This document shows, in pieces, positions 37,145 through 46,069 of a stretch of DNA of 64,000 nucleotides. Location: sequence record KJ019086.1. One strand, 5' to 3'. The notes beneath the pieces were generated by a model. The model was not told the origin of the DNA and ran no database searches. It saw only the letters and a program-made list of their open reading frames with translations. Numbering within the stretch: position 1 is the stretch's first letter; each line of letters begins with the position of its first letter. Position numbers and translations under genes: made by a program.

Positions 37145-38334
37145 CAAAGATTACAAATGGATATACGTGGCCTCTTATGAAGGACACTGTGACCAAGAGA
37201 GATAGGTTGAGGATGGCAAAGTTTATCCTCACCAGTGATAGACTAACACAAGGTAAAGAAGTTCGTAAGTTTGAGGAGCAGTGGAGTGAGTGGCTTGGAG
37301 TTAAACATTCTCTTTTTGTTAGCAGTGGCAGTACCGCTAACCTACTTCTTGTGTCTGCTTGGAAGGAATTATACGAGATCCCAGACCAGTCGAAAGTAAT
37401 TGTACCTGCTTGTACTTGGGTAACTAATGTTGCTCCTATCATCCAGTGTGGTTTGACTCCAATCTTTTGTGACATCAACTTAGAAGACTACTCCTTTGAT
37501 CTGGATAAACTACAGGATATTCGTGATGAATATCACGATGACATCAGAGGTATCTTTGTTACTCACCTCCTAGGATTTCCTGCTAATGTGGAAAAGTTTC
37601 GTGATGTTTTCCCCGACGCTCATATTCTAGAAGATGTATGTGAGAGTCACGGAGCAGTCCTCCCTAGTGGTGATAAGGCGGGAACCTTTGATGTTGGTGG
37701 CACATTTAGTTTCTACTTTGGGCACCACATGACTACCATTGAAGGTGGTATGGTGAGTACTAATGATCCAGAACTCTATGATCTAATGAGAATGAAGCGT
37801 TCTCACGGGTTAGCGAGAGAATCACTATACTTTGAAACATACAAAGAGAAGTATCCTGATGTAAATCCACAGTTTCTCTTCGTTACTGAGGGATATAACT
37901 TCCGTAATACTGATCTAGCTGCTGTATTAGGACAGTCTCAACTGAAGAGACTAGACAGTATGATTGGGATTCGTAACAGGAACTATGAGTTATACCAACA
38001 ATTACTAAAGAAACACGAACATGACCTTACACATGAGTATGGTGGTTCTTTCTATATCCCCTCCACACAGGGGGATGTAAGTAGTTTCTGTTTTCCATTT
38101 GTAGTTGATAATATGCACTGCTATCTTAAGTTAAAAGAACTTCTAGAAGAATACTATGTTGAGTATCGACCTATTGTGAGTGGTAACCTCCTACGACAAC
38201 CATTCTTGAGAGAATATTCTGCTGAGTGTCCCAAGGCAGATATAGCCCATGAAAAGGGACTATATATTGGGAATAATCACTTTGTAGATGAGTCTAACTT
38301 TCACATGCTAGATGAGATTTTGAGCCAACTTTGA
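37141..38334 (+). CDS. colD: PLP-dependent GDP-4-keto-6-deoxy-D-mannose 3-dehydratase (ColD-type, DegT family)
   Basis: VSSGSTAN, EDVCESHG, TFSFYFGHHMTTIEGG with His at the Lys position; RSHG and no Fe-S Cys cluster. Confidence 0.75.
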   Translation: MTKITNGYTWPLMKDTVTKRDRLRMAKFILTSDRLTQGKEVRKFEEQWSEWLGVKHSLFVSSGSTANLLLVSAWKELYEIPDQSKVIVPACTWVTNVAPIIQCGLTPIFCDINLEDYSFDLDKLQDIRDEYHDDIRGIFVTHLLGFPANVEKFRDVFPDAHILEDVCESHGAVLPSGDKAGTFDVGGTFSFYFGHHMTTIEGGMVSTNDPELYDLMRMKRSHGLARESLYFETYKEKYPDVNPQFLFVTEGYNFRNTDLAAVLGQSQLKRLDSMIGIRNRNYELYQQLLKKHEHDLTHEYGGSFYIPSTQGDVSSFCFPFVVDNMHCYLKLKELLEEYYVEYRPIVSGNLLRQPFLREYSAECPKADIAHEKGLYIGNNHFVDESNFHMLDEILSQL

Positions 38335-38335
38335 T

Positions 38336-39130
38336 ATGACATTTTCATTTAATCATATGGGCAACTTGGGGCATCTGGGAAACCAGATGTTTCAGTATGC
38401 CGCACTCATTGGTATGGGGGCTAAGCATGGGAGGAGTATTTGTATCCCCCATAAACAAAGTTTTGGGCAATCATACTACCAGGATCTTCGTAGTAATATC
38501 TACGATGCTTTCAACCTCTCACCCAATGGTGTAGGTATCAGTAGGTTCCCCACAGTTCAGGAAGGTAGTTTCCACTTTGATGAAAACTTATTTGAGAACC
38601 CACCAGAGGAGAACTGTAACCTCTATGGATTCTTCCAGAGTGAAAAGTGGTTCTCACATATCAAAGAAGGTATTAAGAAAGAGTTCACTCTAAAGGATGA
38701 ATACCGGGAAGTGGCACAACTGATGAGAGAACAACTCTCTGGTCAGGTTGTTGCTATTCATGTTCGTAGAACTGACTACCTATCCAATCCAAACCACGGA
38801 GCATTGGGTTTAGATTACTATGAGAAGGCACTGGAGTTGGTTCCTAATAACCTTACAGTAGTTGTATTCACTGATGATCCAGAGTGGGCTAAAGAACAAC
38901 CACTCTTTCCAGATGATAGGTTCTTTGTATCAGAGACAGACTGTCCCTATACAGACCTTGCTCTTATGAGTATGTGTGATTATCATATTATTGCCAACAG
39001 TTCATACTCTTGGTGGGGTGCATACTTATCTGATAGTAAGAAAGTAATTGCTCCTAAACAGTGGTTTGGGGAACCACTTAAAACAAATAACCTGAAAGAT
39101 CTTTATTGTGATGGGTGGGTGAAACTATGA
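38336..39130 (+). CDS. GT11 alpha-1,2-fucosyl/colitosyltransferase
   Basis: G.LGNQMFQYA, GFFQSEKWF, HVRRTDY, YYEKA, FTDDPEW and ANSSYSWWGA. Confidence 0.93.
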   Translation: MTFSFNHMGNLGHLGNQMFQYAALIGMGAKHGRSICIPHKQSFGQSYYQDLRSNIYDAFNLSPNGVGISRFPTVQEGSFHFDENLFENPPEENCNLYGFFQSEKWFSHIKEGIKKEFTLKDEYREVAQLMREQLSGQVVAIHVRRTDYLSNPNHGALGLDYYEKALELVPNNLTVVVFTDDPEWAKEQPLFPDDRFFVSETDCPYTDLALMSMCDYHIIANSSYSWWGAYLSDSKKVIAPKQWFGEPLKTNNLKDLYCDGWVKL

Positions 39131-39750
39131 GTAACTTTGCAAGTGCTAAACAGTTTATCAAGAATGGTATTGATACACAACAGGAGTCTATCTCTGGTGG
39201 TGGCAGCACTATGGCTTCCACAGTTGCCTTCAGATACTTCCTACCAAAGTATATCAAACAGTATGGTATTGAGAGTATCTTAGACATTGGGTGTGGTGAC
39301 TGGCATTGGATGTCTACTATCAGAGAAGAGTTTCCTGATGTAGACTATGAGGGATGGGATGCCTCTGAGGATATGATTAATCCCATGACTGAGAAGTATG
39401 GAACAGAGAATACCAGGTTTGAGGTAAAGGATATCATTGATAACAAGTATCCCAAAGTGGATTTGGTTATCGCTCGTGATGTTCTATTCCACCTCAAAGA
39501 AGATTACCTAAAGAAGGTTCTCAAGAATATCAGTAAGGCAGGTGTGAAGTATCTACTAGCAACTACCTTCCCAGGTTTACCTAAGAACGAAGAACTCACT
39601 CCTAAGAAATATGACGGTTGGGGATTCAGACCAATCAATCTGGATATCGAGCCTTATAATATGAAAGATTATTGTATCAATGATTTCAAGGAAACCACAG
39701 CCCCCAACAGGGGGTATCATCGTCATGTGTATTTGTATGAGGTAAAATGA
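39127..39750 (+). CDS. class I SAM-dependent methyltransferase
   Basis: SGGGS..., ILDIGCGD, DLVIARDVLFHL and RPINL..EP.N. Confidence 0.85.
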   Translation: MSNFASAKQFIKNGIDTQQESISGGGSTMASTVAFRYFLPKYIKQYGIESILDIGCGDWHWMSTIREEFPDVDYEGWDASEDMINPMTEKYGTENTRFEVKDIIDNKYPKVDLVIARDVLFHLKEDYLKKVLKNISKAGVKYLLATTFPGLPKNEELTPKKYDGWGFRPINLDIEPYNMKDYCINDFKETTAPNRGYHRHVYLYEVK

Positions 39751-39899
39751 AGATCGAAATTGAACTCTCTAAAGATGTAGAATACAAAGGAGAGAAACTA
39801 GGTGAGTATATCTGGAACCTAGAAGAGGGAATTAATCATGTTACTGGTTTTGGTGATTCACTTGAGGAATGTTTTAAGGAAATTGTGAGGTTTAGATGA
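39747..39899 (+). CDS. small hypothetical protein (50 aa)
   Basis: ATGA overlaps at both ends; YIWNLEEG...DSLEECF. Confidence 0.6.
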   Translation: MKIEIELSKDVEYKGEKLGEYIWNLEEGINHVTGFGDSLEECFKEIVRFR

Positions 39900-40627
39900 A
39901 GAAAGTAGCTATTATCTTTATTGGAACAGGTAGATACCTAGAGTTTCTACCAAAGTATTATGAACAGGCAGAAGCAAACCTCTTCCCTGACAGACCCAAA
40001 CACTACTATGTGTTTACTGATGGTGACTTAGGTAATGAACTACCTGACAATGTAACTGTATACGAACAGGAACATCTCCAATGGCCATATATCACCCTCT
40101 ATCGTTTTGGTATTATCCAGAAACACTTAGAGGAGATTGAGAAAGAGTGTGGTTTCCTACTCTTTATGGACGCTGACACACAGGTAGTATCCCCTGTATC
40201 GTTCGATGAAGTATTCAAGAAGGGAAAACCCTATACAGGTGTTCACCACCCCTGTCACGCCCTGAATATGCCACCACACAATGAGTTTCCTGGTAGTCTA
40301 GAAACTAATACAGCATCTAAGGCAGCATGTAAACCTGGTGATGACTTCTCTGTCTATTGGCAAGGTTGTGTCTGGGGTGGAAACATCAAGGGTGCTCGTA
40401 AGATTATCGATACTCTCCACCATAGAACTAAACAGGACGAGGAGAATGGTATTGTTGCTCTATGGCATGATGAAAGTCATATCAATAGATACTTCCTTGA
40501 TAATAAAGATAAGGTGAATACCCTATCACCTAGTTTCGCATACCCAGAGTCCTTCACTGAGTATATGGAAGACTATGAACCTAAGATTGTACACCTAGCA
40601 AAAGAGAATTCTAAGTATCAGGTATGA
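39896..40627 (+). CDS. GT6 glycosyltransferase (ABO/alpha-1,3-Gal(NAc)T family)
   Basis: FIGTGRY, YYVFTD, WP..TL.RF, FMDAD, YWQGCVWGG and WHDESHINRY. Confidence 0.92.
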   Translation: MKKVAIIFIGTGRYLEFLPKYYEQAEANLFPDRPKHYYVFTDGDLGNELPDNVTVYEQEHLQWPYITLYRFGIIQKHLEEIEKECGFLLFMDADTQVVSPVSFDEVFKKGKPYTGVHHPCHALNMPPHNEFPGSLETNTASKAACKPGDDFSVYWQGCVWGGNIKGARKIIDTLHHRTKQDEENGIVALWHDESHINRYFLDNKDKVNTLSPSFAYPESFTEYMEDYEPKIVHLAKENSKYQV

Positions 40628-41247
40628 GTTACTTCACAGATTATGACAACGAATTCACAGTATTCGAGGCACCAAAGAACGGGGGAACTACTCTCCGTCT
40701 TTGGATATACTACGCAGGAACAGGGGAGTTAGTAAAGTCAGCGGAGTCTGAATACTACGCTGGCACTGGAGAAACATACAAACAACTCCAAGAGTGGGGT
40801 TATGTGAATGGGGAATACGAGAACCCCAAGACCCAGATGGTATGTATCAAGAGAGACCCTGTAGATAGGTTTGTAAGTGCCTTCTATGATAAGGTAATCA
40901 AAGAGGGGAGAATCAAAGTAACCATCGATGAGTTTCTCTCAAACTATGAAGAGATACTTGATAAGTCTACCCTCAAGATGAATGATGGTAAGACTAACTT
41001 CATGAAGTTTCACTTTGAGTCACAGACATATCACTTCGGTAAAGATAAAGATCTATATCATAAGGTCTTTGATATCTCAGAGGTTGGTACTGGTCTGAAG
41101 AAGTATCTGGAGGGTAAGTGGAATATAGAACTACCTGATGTCCATGCTAGAAATAGTGGTGGTGGTCGGAAGTTTGATCTCTCCAGGGGACAACTGAATA
41201 AGGTGAAGGAAATCTACACACAGGACTATTATAATGGCTGGTACTGA
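40624..41247 (+). CDS. sulfotransferase (Sulfotransfer_2-like)
   Basis: PKNGGTT (5'-PSB), RDPVDRFVSAF (3'-PB) and HF..Q. Confidence 0.8.
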   Translation: MSYFTDYDNEFTVFEAPKNGGTTLRLWIYYAGTGELVKSAESEYYAGTGETYKQLQEWGYVNGEYENPKTQMVCIKRDPVDRFVSAFYDKVIKEGRIKVTIDEFLSNYEEILDKSTLKMNDGKTNFMKFHFESQTYHFGKDKDLYHKVFDISEVGTGLKKYLEGKWNIELPDVHARNSGGGRKFDLSRGQLNKVKEIYTQDYYNGWY

Positions 41248-42019
41248 AGGATATATCCTGATAGGTATTGGTGATAGGTATCTACAGATGACAGAGAACC
41301 TCACTAAAACTCTAAAGAAACATGGAGACAATAGAGGATCCCTAACTATCACAAGATCAGATAATAGGGAACTCTATAGTGAGTGTAACACTGAGTTTGA
41401 GAGGAATGGAACTCTACCTAAGATTACCTTAGACAGATACTTACCTTTTGATCACAATATATTCCTAGATGCTGATATGTTATGTGTAGGTGATACCCAA
41501 CATGTATGGGATCTATTCAGGAGTAGTGATCAGTTTGTTCAACAGGTAGGATGTACTCAGAGAGATCCTGCTTTCCACGCTCACCAGTATGAGAGTGAGT
41601 TGGGTTTTGAGATTCCTAGAGTCCATGGTGGTTGTATCTACATCAATAGAGAGAAACTAGACCCAGGGTTCTTTCCCTATATGAGAGAGTGTTTCCTAAA
41701 CTATAAACAAATATTTCATAATAGTGGTCTAACCTATAAGAATAGTAGACCAGATCAACCACTATACGCTCTAGCAAATGGTATGTGGGGATTCAAACCT
41801 GTGGATCTATACACTAACCCTATCATGACTATTGTGAATGATAGTACCCCACCCCCACTAGATAGTGTGTTCTTCAATAAGAAGAGGGGTCCTAAGTTAG
41901 ATACTCCTGTTCCCTTTGTTCATGTATTCCGTGGAGAAGAGGGTATGTCTAAGGGTTATACTAGAGGTGACCAGAAGATGTTGTTGTCCCATTATGATTA
42001 CTACCTGAACTATGAATAA
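41234..42019 (+). CDS. GT-A glycosyltransferase (GT8-like)
   Basis: K...D.YLPFD..IFLDAD, HGG..Y and DQP..A. Confidence 0.65.
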   Translation: MAGTEGYILIGIGDRYLQMTENLTKTLKKHGDNRGSLTITRSDNRELYSECNTEFERNGTLPKITLDRYLPFDHNIFLDADMLCVGDTQHVWDLFRSSDQFVQQVGCTQRDPAFHAHQYESELGFEIPRVHGGCIYINREKLDPGFFPYMRECFLNYKQIFHNSGLTYKNSRPDQPLYALANGMWGFKPVDLYTNPIMTIVNDSTPPPLDSVFFNKKRGPKLDTPVPFVHVFRGEEGMSKGYTRGDQKMLLSHYDYYLNYE

Positions 42020-42800
42020 AACTATATGGATGTGTTGGTTCCAGGGTTGGGATAAGGCACCAGAGATTACAGAGAAGTGTTTAGAGTCCTGGAAACACTA
42101 CAATAGTGATTGGGATATTGTTCTACTAGATGAATCCAACTACAAGGATTACATCTCCATTGATAAAGAACTACCAGGACTGAAGACAAACTATATCTCA
42201 CTGGGTGATATCCTTCGTCTCTTTCTACTAAAAGAGCATGGTGGAGTATGGGCAGATGCAACTATCTTCTGCAACAAACCAGTGGATTGGGTTTTGGATT
42301 ATGAGGATTCTTTCATCTTCACCAGGAAGGATAAGATGATTGCCTCTTGGTTTGTTGCTGCTCAGAAAGATTCCCATGTTGTAGATGTATGGTATAATAA
42401 GATGTTAGAGTTCTGGAAGTATCGTATGGAAAATACAGATACTTTCGAGCAACAATATGGTTGGATACACGCTTTGTTCCGTCAGTCCTACGCTCAGGAT
42501 AAGGGGTTCAGGGATATTGTAGATAGTATGGATAAGATTGATTGCATGAGTGATGGTCAATCTAGAGGTAAGGGTCCGCACTTCTTTGCACCCTACAGTA
42601 AATACTTCTACAACCCTATCAGTGACACGATAAAGAATCGTATAGACTCTAAAGTTGATCCACTATATAAGTTGTCTTACAAGGCAAACACAGACTGGAG
42701 AAGTCCAGAGAACAGGGGTATCCACCCAGCAGACCAAAAGATTATGTTGGAATATCCAACTAATAGTGAACTACATTATCTACTCAACACATTAAAATGA
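42012..42800 (+). CDS. capsular polysaccharide synthesis-type glycosyltransferase (GT32-like)
   Basis: KTIWMCWFQG, D.LRL.LLKEHGGVWADAT. Confidence 0.85.
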   Translation: MNKTIWMCWFQGWDKAPEITEKCLESWKHYNSDWDIVLLDESNYKDYISIDKELPGLKTNYISLGDILRLFLLKEHGGVWADATIFCNKPVDWVLDYEDSFIFTRKDKMIASWFVAAQKDSHVVDVWYNKMLEFWKYRMENTDTFEQQYGWIHALFRQSYAQDKGFRDIVDSMDKIDCMSDGQSRGKGPHFFAPYSKYFYNPISDTIKNRIDSKVDPLYKLSYKANTDWRSPENRGIHPADQKIMLEYPTNSELHYLLNTLK

Positions 42801-43702
42801 CAAATAAATCATTGGTTACCGGTGGCGCGGGTTTCATCGGGTCACATATTGTGGACCGACTTATTACACTAGGACATCAAGTCGTAGTGATTGACAATGA
42901 ATCCTCTGATGGTCATGATGAATACCATTGGAACAGAAGCGGACAAGTACAAAACCATAAGGCAGACATTCGTGACTACGATGCAATCAAACACTTGTTT
43001 GGTGGAGTCAATAATGTTTTTCACCTTGCCGCTAAAGCATCAGTACAGGCGTCAGTAGATAACCCCCTACCAACTATTGCCACACAGGTAATGGGAACCG
43101 CCAATGTATTGGAGGCAGCACGACAATCTGGTGTGAGTAAGTTTGTATATTCCTCTACTAGTGCTTGTTATGGTAACAACAACCCCATTCCTAATGTAGA
43201 AACGATGAGAGAAGATCCTCTCAACGCCTATGCTATTGGTAAGTTATCTGGGGAACAACTAGTTCGTGCCTATCACTACCTCTATGGTATGAAGACGGTG
43301 GCATTCCGTTATACCAATGTATATGGGGAGAGGGCAAGACATGTTGGACATTACGCTCCTGCTGTTAGTAAGTTTCTAAAGATGAGAGCACAGGGAGAAC
43401 CTCTAACTATCTTTGGTGATGGTGCCCAACGCCGAGACTTTATTCATGTATCTGATGTAGTCAACGCTAACTGCTGTATTACCTATGAGGAACTAGAGCA
43501 GTGGGGTGAGACCTACAACATTGGTTATGGTAAGAACTGGAGTATCCAAGAGATTGCAGACTCTATCAGTCAGGAACAGATTCACCTATCTGCTCGTACT
43601 GGTGAGATGCGTGAGACGCTTGCTGATATTGGGAAGGCAAAGGCAGAGTTGATGTGGAAACCAAAGACTGACATCATGGATTGGATTAGGGTACAACTCT
43701 GA
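42797..43702 (+). CDS. NAD-dependent epimerase/dehydratase (extended SDR, GalE-like)
   Basis: VTGGAGFIGSH, HLAA..SV..S, YAIGK, RYTNVYG and RDFIHVSD. Confidence 0.92.
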   Translation: MTNKSLVTGGAGFIGSHIVDRLITLGHQVVVIDNESSDGHDEYHWNRSGQVQNHKADIRDYDAIKHLFGGVNNVFHLAAKASVQASVDNPLPTIATQVMGTANVLEAARQSGVSKFVYSSTSACYGNNNPIPNVETMREDPLNAYAIGKLSGEQLVRAYHYLYGMKTVAFRYTNVYGERARHVGHYAPAVSKFLKMRAQGEPLTIFGDGAQRRDFIHVSDVVNANCCITYEELEQWGETYNIGYGKNWSIQEIADSISQEQIHLSARTGEMRETLADIGKAKAELMWKPKTDIMDWIRVQL

Positions 43703-44319
43703 TGCCAGTATTTCAGAAGGACAACAAGAAAGTTCTATTCATCCATGTTCCCAAGACTGCAGGAAGTTCTGTGAATAAACTCTTTGCGAATAATGGATAT
43801 GAAATGTCCTACTATTCTGAGAGTTCTAAAGATCTATACAATGGATTATGTGGACCACAACATCTGGACTCACTTCTATTGGAAGATGAGTTCCAAGATT
43901 TCTCTCAGTTTGATTATATCTTCTCTATCTTCAGAGACCCAGTAGACAGACATCTATCTGAGTTCACCTGGGCACCCTGGGGACTAATGGGTAGAAACAT
44001 CTACACACCAGAAAGATTTGATGAGTGGTGTCCTAAGATATTCAGAGCGTATCAGGACTCACCATATAGGATGGATAATCACATTAGACCTCAACATGAG
44101 TTCTATGTCAATGGATGTGATGTGTATGACTATGAAAATATCAATACACTCACAGAGAAACTATGTGATAAAATAGGTCTAGATAATAAAGAGATGCCAT
44201 ATGAAAGGTCTTCACGATATGATAGTGAGGATTATGTCATCTATGAAGATACTTACAATTGTATTACTGAATTTTACAAAGGAGACTATCAATGGCAAAA
44301 GGATTCAGTCCTGTTGTGA
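43702..44319 (+). CDS. sulfotransferase (Sulfotransfer_2-like)
   Basis: FIHVPKTAGSS, RDPVDR.LSEF and NH.RPQ.EF. Confidence 0.85.
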   Translation: MPVFQKDNKKVLFIHVPKTAGSSVNKLFANNGYEMSYYSESSKDLYNGLCGPQHLDSLLLEDEFQDFSQFDYIFSIFRDPVDRHLSEFTWAPWGLMGRNIYTPERFDEWCPKIFRAYQDSPYRMDNHIRPQHEFYVNGCDVYDYENINTLTEKLCDKIGLDNKEMPYERSSRYDSEDYVIYEDTYNCITEFYKGDYQWQKDSVLL

Positions 44320-45170
44320 CTAAGGATAAGAACAAGTCCCAGTTCAAACTACAGGGTGTTCCTAGGATTTACTACATCAGTTTAGATGATCATGCTCATC
44401 GTCAAGACTATATGGAGTCCCAGTTTGAAGACTGGGGCATCACTAACTTCGAAAGAATCTCTGCTCATGATGGTAGAGGTGATAATGATCTGAGTGATAT
44501 TCTCAAAGGATCTTATCCAAAGATGATGAGTTCTGGTGAGGTTGGTTGTGTAACCTCTCACCTAAAGGCACTAAAACACTGGTTAGATACTACAGAGGGT
44601 GAAGAGTTTCTCCTTATGATGGAGGATGATTGTGATATCTCCACTGCTGCCCACTGGGGTTTCTCCTGGAGGGAGTTTATTGGGAATATTCCATCCCATG
44701 TAGATTGTGTTCAGTTAGCAGTTATCAACCCATCAGAACTACATATCAAACTCCATATCAGGTTTGTGAATGATTTCTCCACTGCCTCATACCTAATCCG
44801 TAGATCACACGCAGAGAAGTTAGTTAGACTCTATTGTAGGGGTGATAAGTATAAACTTGATAGTGATATCAAACCCAGAGCAGTTGCTGATGATCTTATC
44901 TACAACTCTGGTGTGACTCTTGCTATGCCTCTATTTGCCTTCAAGATTGCACTAGGTTCCAGTATCCATGATGTCCATATCAATACCTTCCACAAGAGTA
45001 GTCATGATGGTATCTGGGAGTTTTGGAAGAAAACAGCACCAACTATTGAGAACTGGAAACCATTCTTCAACTATGATGCCTATCTGGGAACCCTACCACC
45101 CAATGTTGTGGTTCAACAATGGCAGCAAAAACAGGAATCCAAAGCAAAAGATTCAGGGGCTTCGCAATAG
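44292..45170 (+). CDS. GT25-family glycosyltransferase
   Basis: IYYISLD....R...M, ERISAHDGR, GEVGC..SH..A and MMEDD. Confidence 0.85.
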   Translation: MAKGFSPVVTKDKNKSQFKLQGVPRIYYISLDDHAHRQDYMESQFEDWGITNFERISAHDGRGDNDLSDILKGSYPKMMSSGEVGCVTSHLKALKHWLDTTEGEEFLLMMEDDCDISTAAHWGFSWREFIGNIPSHVDCVQLAVINPSELHIKLHIRFVNDFSTASYLIRRSHAEKLVRLYCRGDKYKLDSDIKPRAVADDLIYNSGVTLAMPLFAFKIALGSSIHDVHINTFHKSSHDGIWEFWKKTAPTIENWKPFFNYDAYLGTLPPNVVVQQWQQKQESKAKDSGASQ

Positions 45171-45214
45171 AACATATATATGTTATAATATTTACATTCA
45201 CCCATGAGGTTATT

Positions 45215-45334
45215 ATGAAATTTGGTTTTACCCCCGAAGCAGAAATCCTAAACGCTCGTTTGGCAATGTTGGGATTCGTTATCGCCGTAGGCACTTACTT
45301 GACCACAGGTCAGATTATTCCAGGAGTTCTTTGA
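45215..45334 (+). CDS. hli: high-light-inducible protein
   Basis: [19 protein letters not shown]...TGQIIPG. Confidence 0.93.
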   Translation: MKFGFTPEAEILNARLAMLGFVIAVGTYLTTGQIIPGVL

Positions 45335-45627
45335 TGGCGTTTTCTGTAACACTTAGATCACCTACTGGTGAAGATAAAGTTGTAACAGTGGAGGGAGATC
45401 AATACATCCTAGATGCCGCAGAGGAAGCGGGTGTAGATCTCCCATATTCATGTAGAGCTGGTGCTTGTTCATCCTGTGCAGGTAAGATTGTATCTGGAAA
45501 GGTGAATCAAGAAGACCAGTCATTCTTAGATGATGATCAGATCGAAGCAGGTTTCGCACTCTTATGTGTAGCTTATGCCGAATCTGATTGTGTGATTGAG
45601 ACGGAAAAAGAGGAAACCCTTTACTGA
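45331..45627 (+). CDS. petF: plant-type [2Fe-2S] ferredoxin
   Basis: [15 protein letters not shown]...LLCVAY. Confidence 0.97.
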   Translation: MMAFSVTLRSPTGEDKVVTVEGDQYILDAAEEAGVDLPYSCRAGACSSCAGKIVSGKVNQEDQSFLDDDQIEAGFALLCVAYAESDCVIETEKEETLY

Positions 45628-45632
45628 GACTG

Positions 45633-45782
45633 ATGTCTAATCCAAACGCTCTATATGAAGATATGGAGAAACTGAATGCCCTCTACGAAGAACTTTGTTG
45701 GGGGCATAACGATGAACTACAATTTTCCCATGACGGGGAGAGCATTATTATTACCAATAAAACCCAGGAGAAACAAAAATGA
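45633..45782 (+). CDS. conserved small hypothetical protein (49 aa)
   Basis: MSNPNALYEDMEKLNALYEELCW; ATGA overlap with the next hli. Confidence 0.7.
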   Translation: MSNPNALYEDMEKLNALYEELCWGHNDELQFSHDGESIIITNKTQEKQK

Positions 45783-45988
45783 CAGTAACAACTGAAGACG
45801 GCGGCCGCACAAACATGTACGCCACTGAACCCACTATGTTTATTGATCCTTCTTACACTGAGAAGTATGGTTTAGAAACACACGCGGAACGAGCTGAAAC
45901 AGCAAACGGGCGTTGGGCAATGATTGGATTTGTTTCTGGTATTGTATCCTATGTTATTACTGGTAACTTCTTCTTTGGTGTTATCTAA
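45779..45988 (+). CDS. hli: high-light-inducible protein (long N-terminus type)
   Basis: MTVTTEDGGRTNMYATEP...AETANGRWAMIGF. Confidence 0.93.
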   Translation: MTVTTEDGGRTNMYATEPTMFIDPSYTEKYGLETHAERAETANGRWAMIGFVSGIVSYVITGNFFFGVI

Positions 45989-45995
45989 TATTAGA

Positions 45996-46022
45996 AGGAG
46001 GGTTTGATACCCTCCTTTTTTT
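45996..46022 (+). terminator. intrinsic terminator
   Basis: GGAGGGT/ACCCTCC plus T7. Confidence 0.8.
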
Positions 46023-46029
46023 GTGCTCC

Positions 46030-46037
46030 TATAAATA
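46030..46037 (+). promoter_or_regulatory. T4 late promoter TATAAATA
   Basis: Exact motif upstream of the tail fibre gene. Confidence 0.75.
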
Positions 46038-46069
46038 CCTTTTAGGCACCCACACACCTTCGTATCAAA

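Noticed and set aside
37141-38334. Annotation as perosamine synthase/aminotransferase or as Fe-S E1 dehydrase
   Set aside because: The catalytic Lys is replaced by His and there is no Cys-rich Fe-S motif; a ColD-type enzyme fits better.
39747-39899. Apparent frameshift in the small ORF within the glycan operon
   Set aside because: Re-reading shows GAG GGA ATT AAT; the 50-aa frame is intact and ends overlapping the GT6 start.
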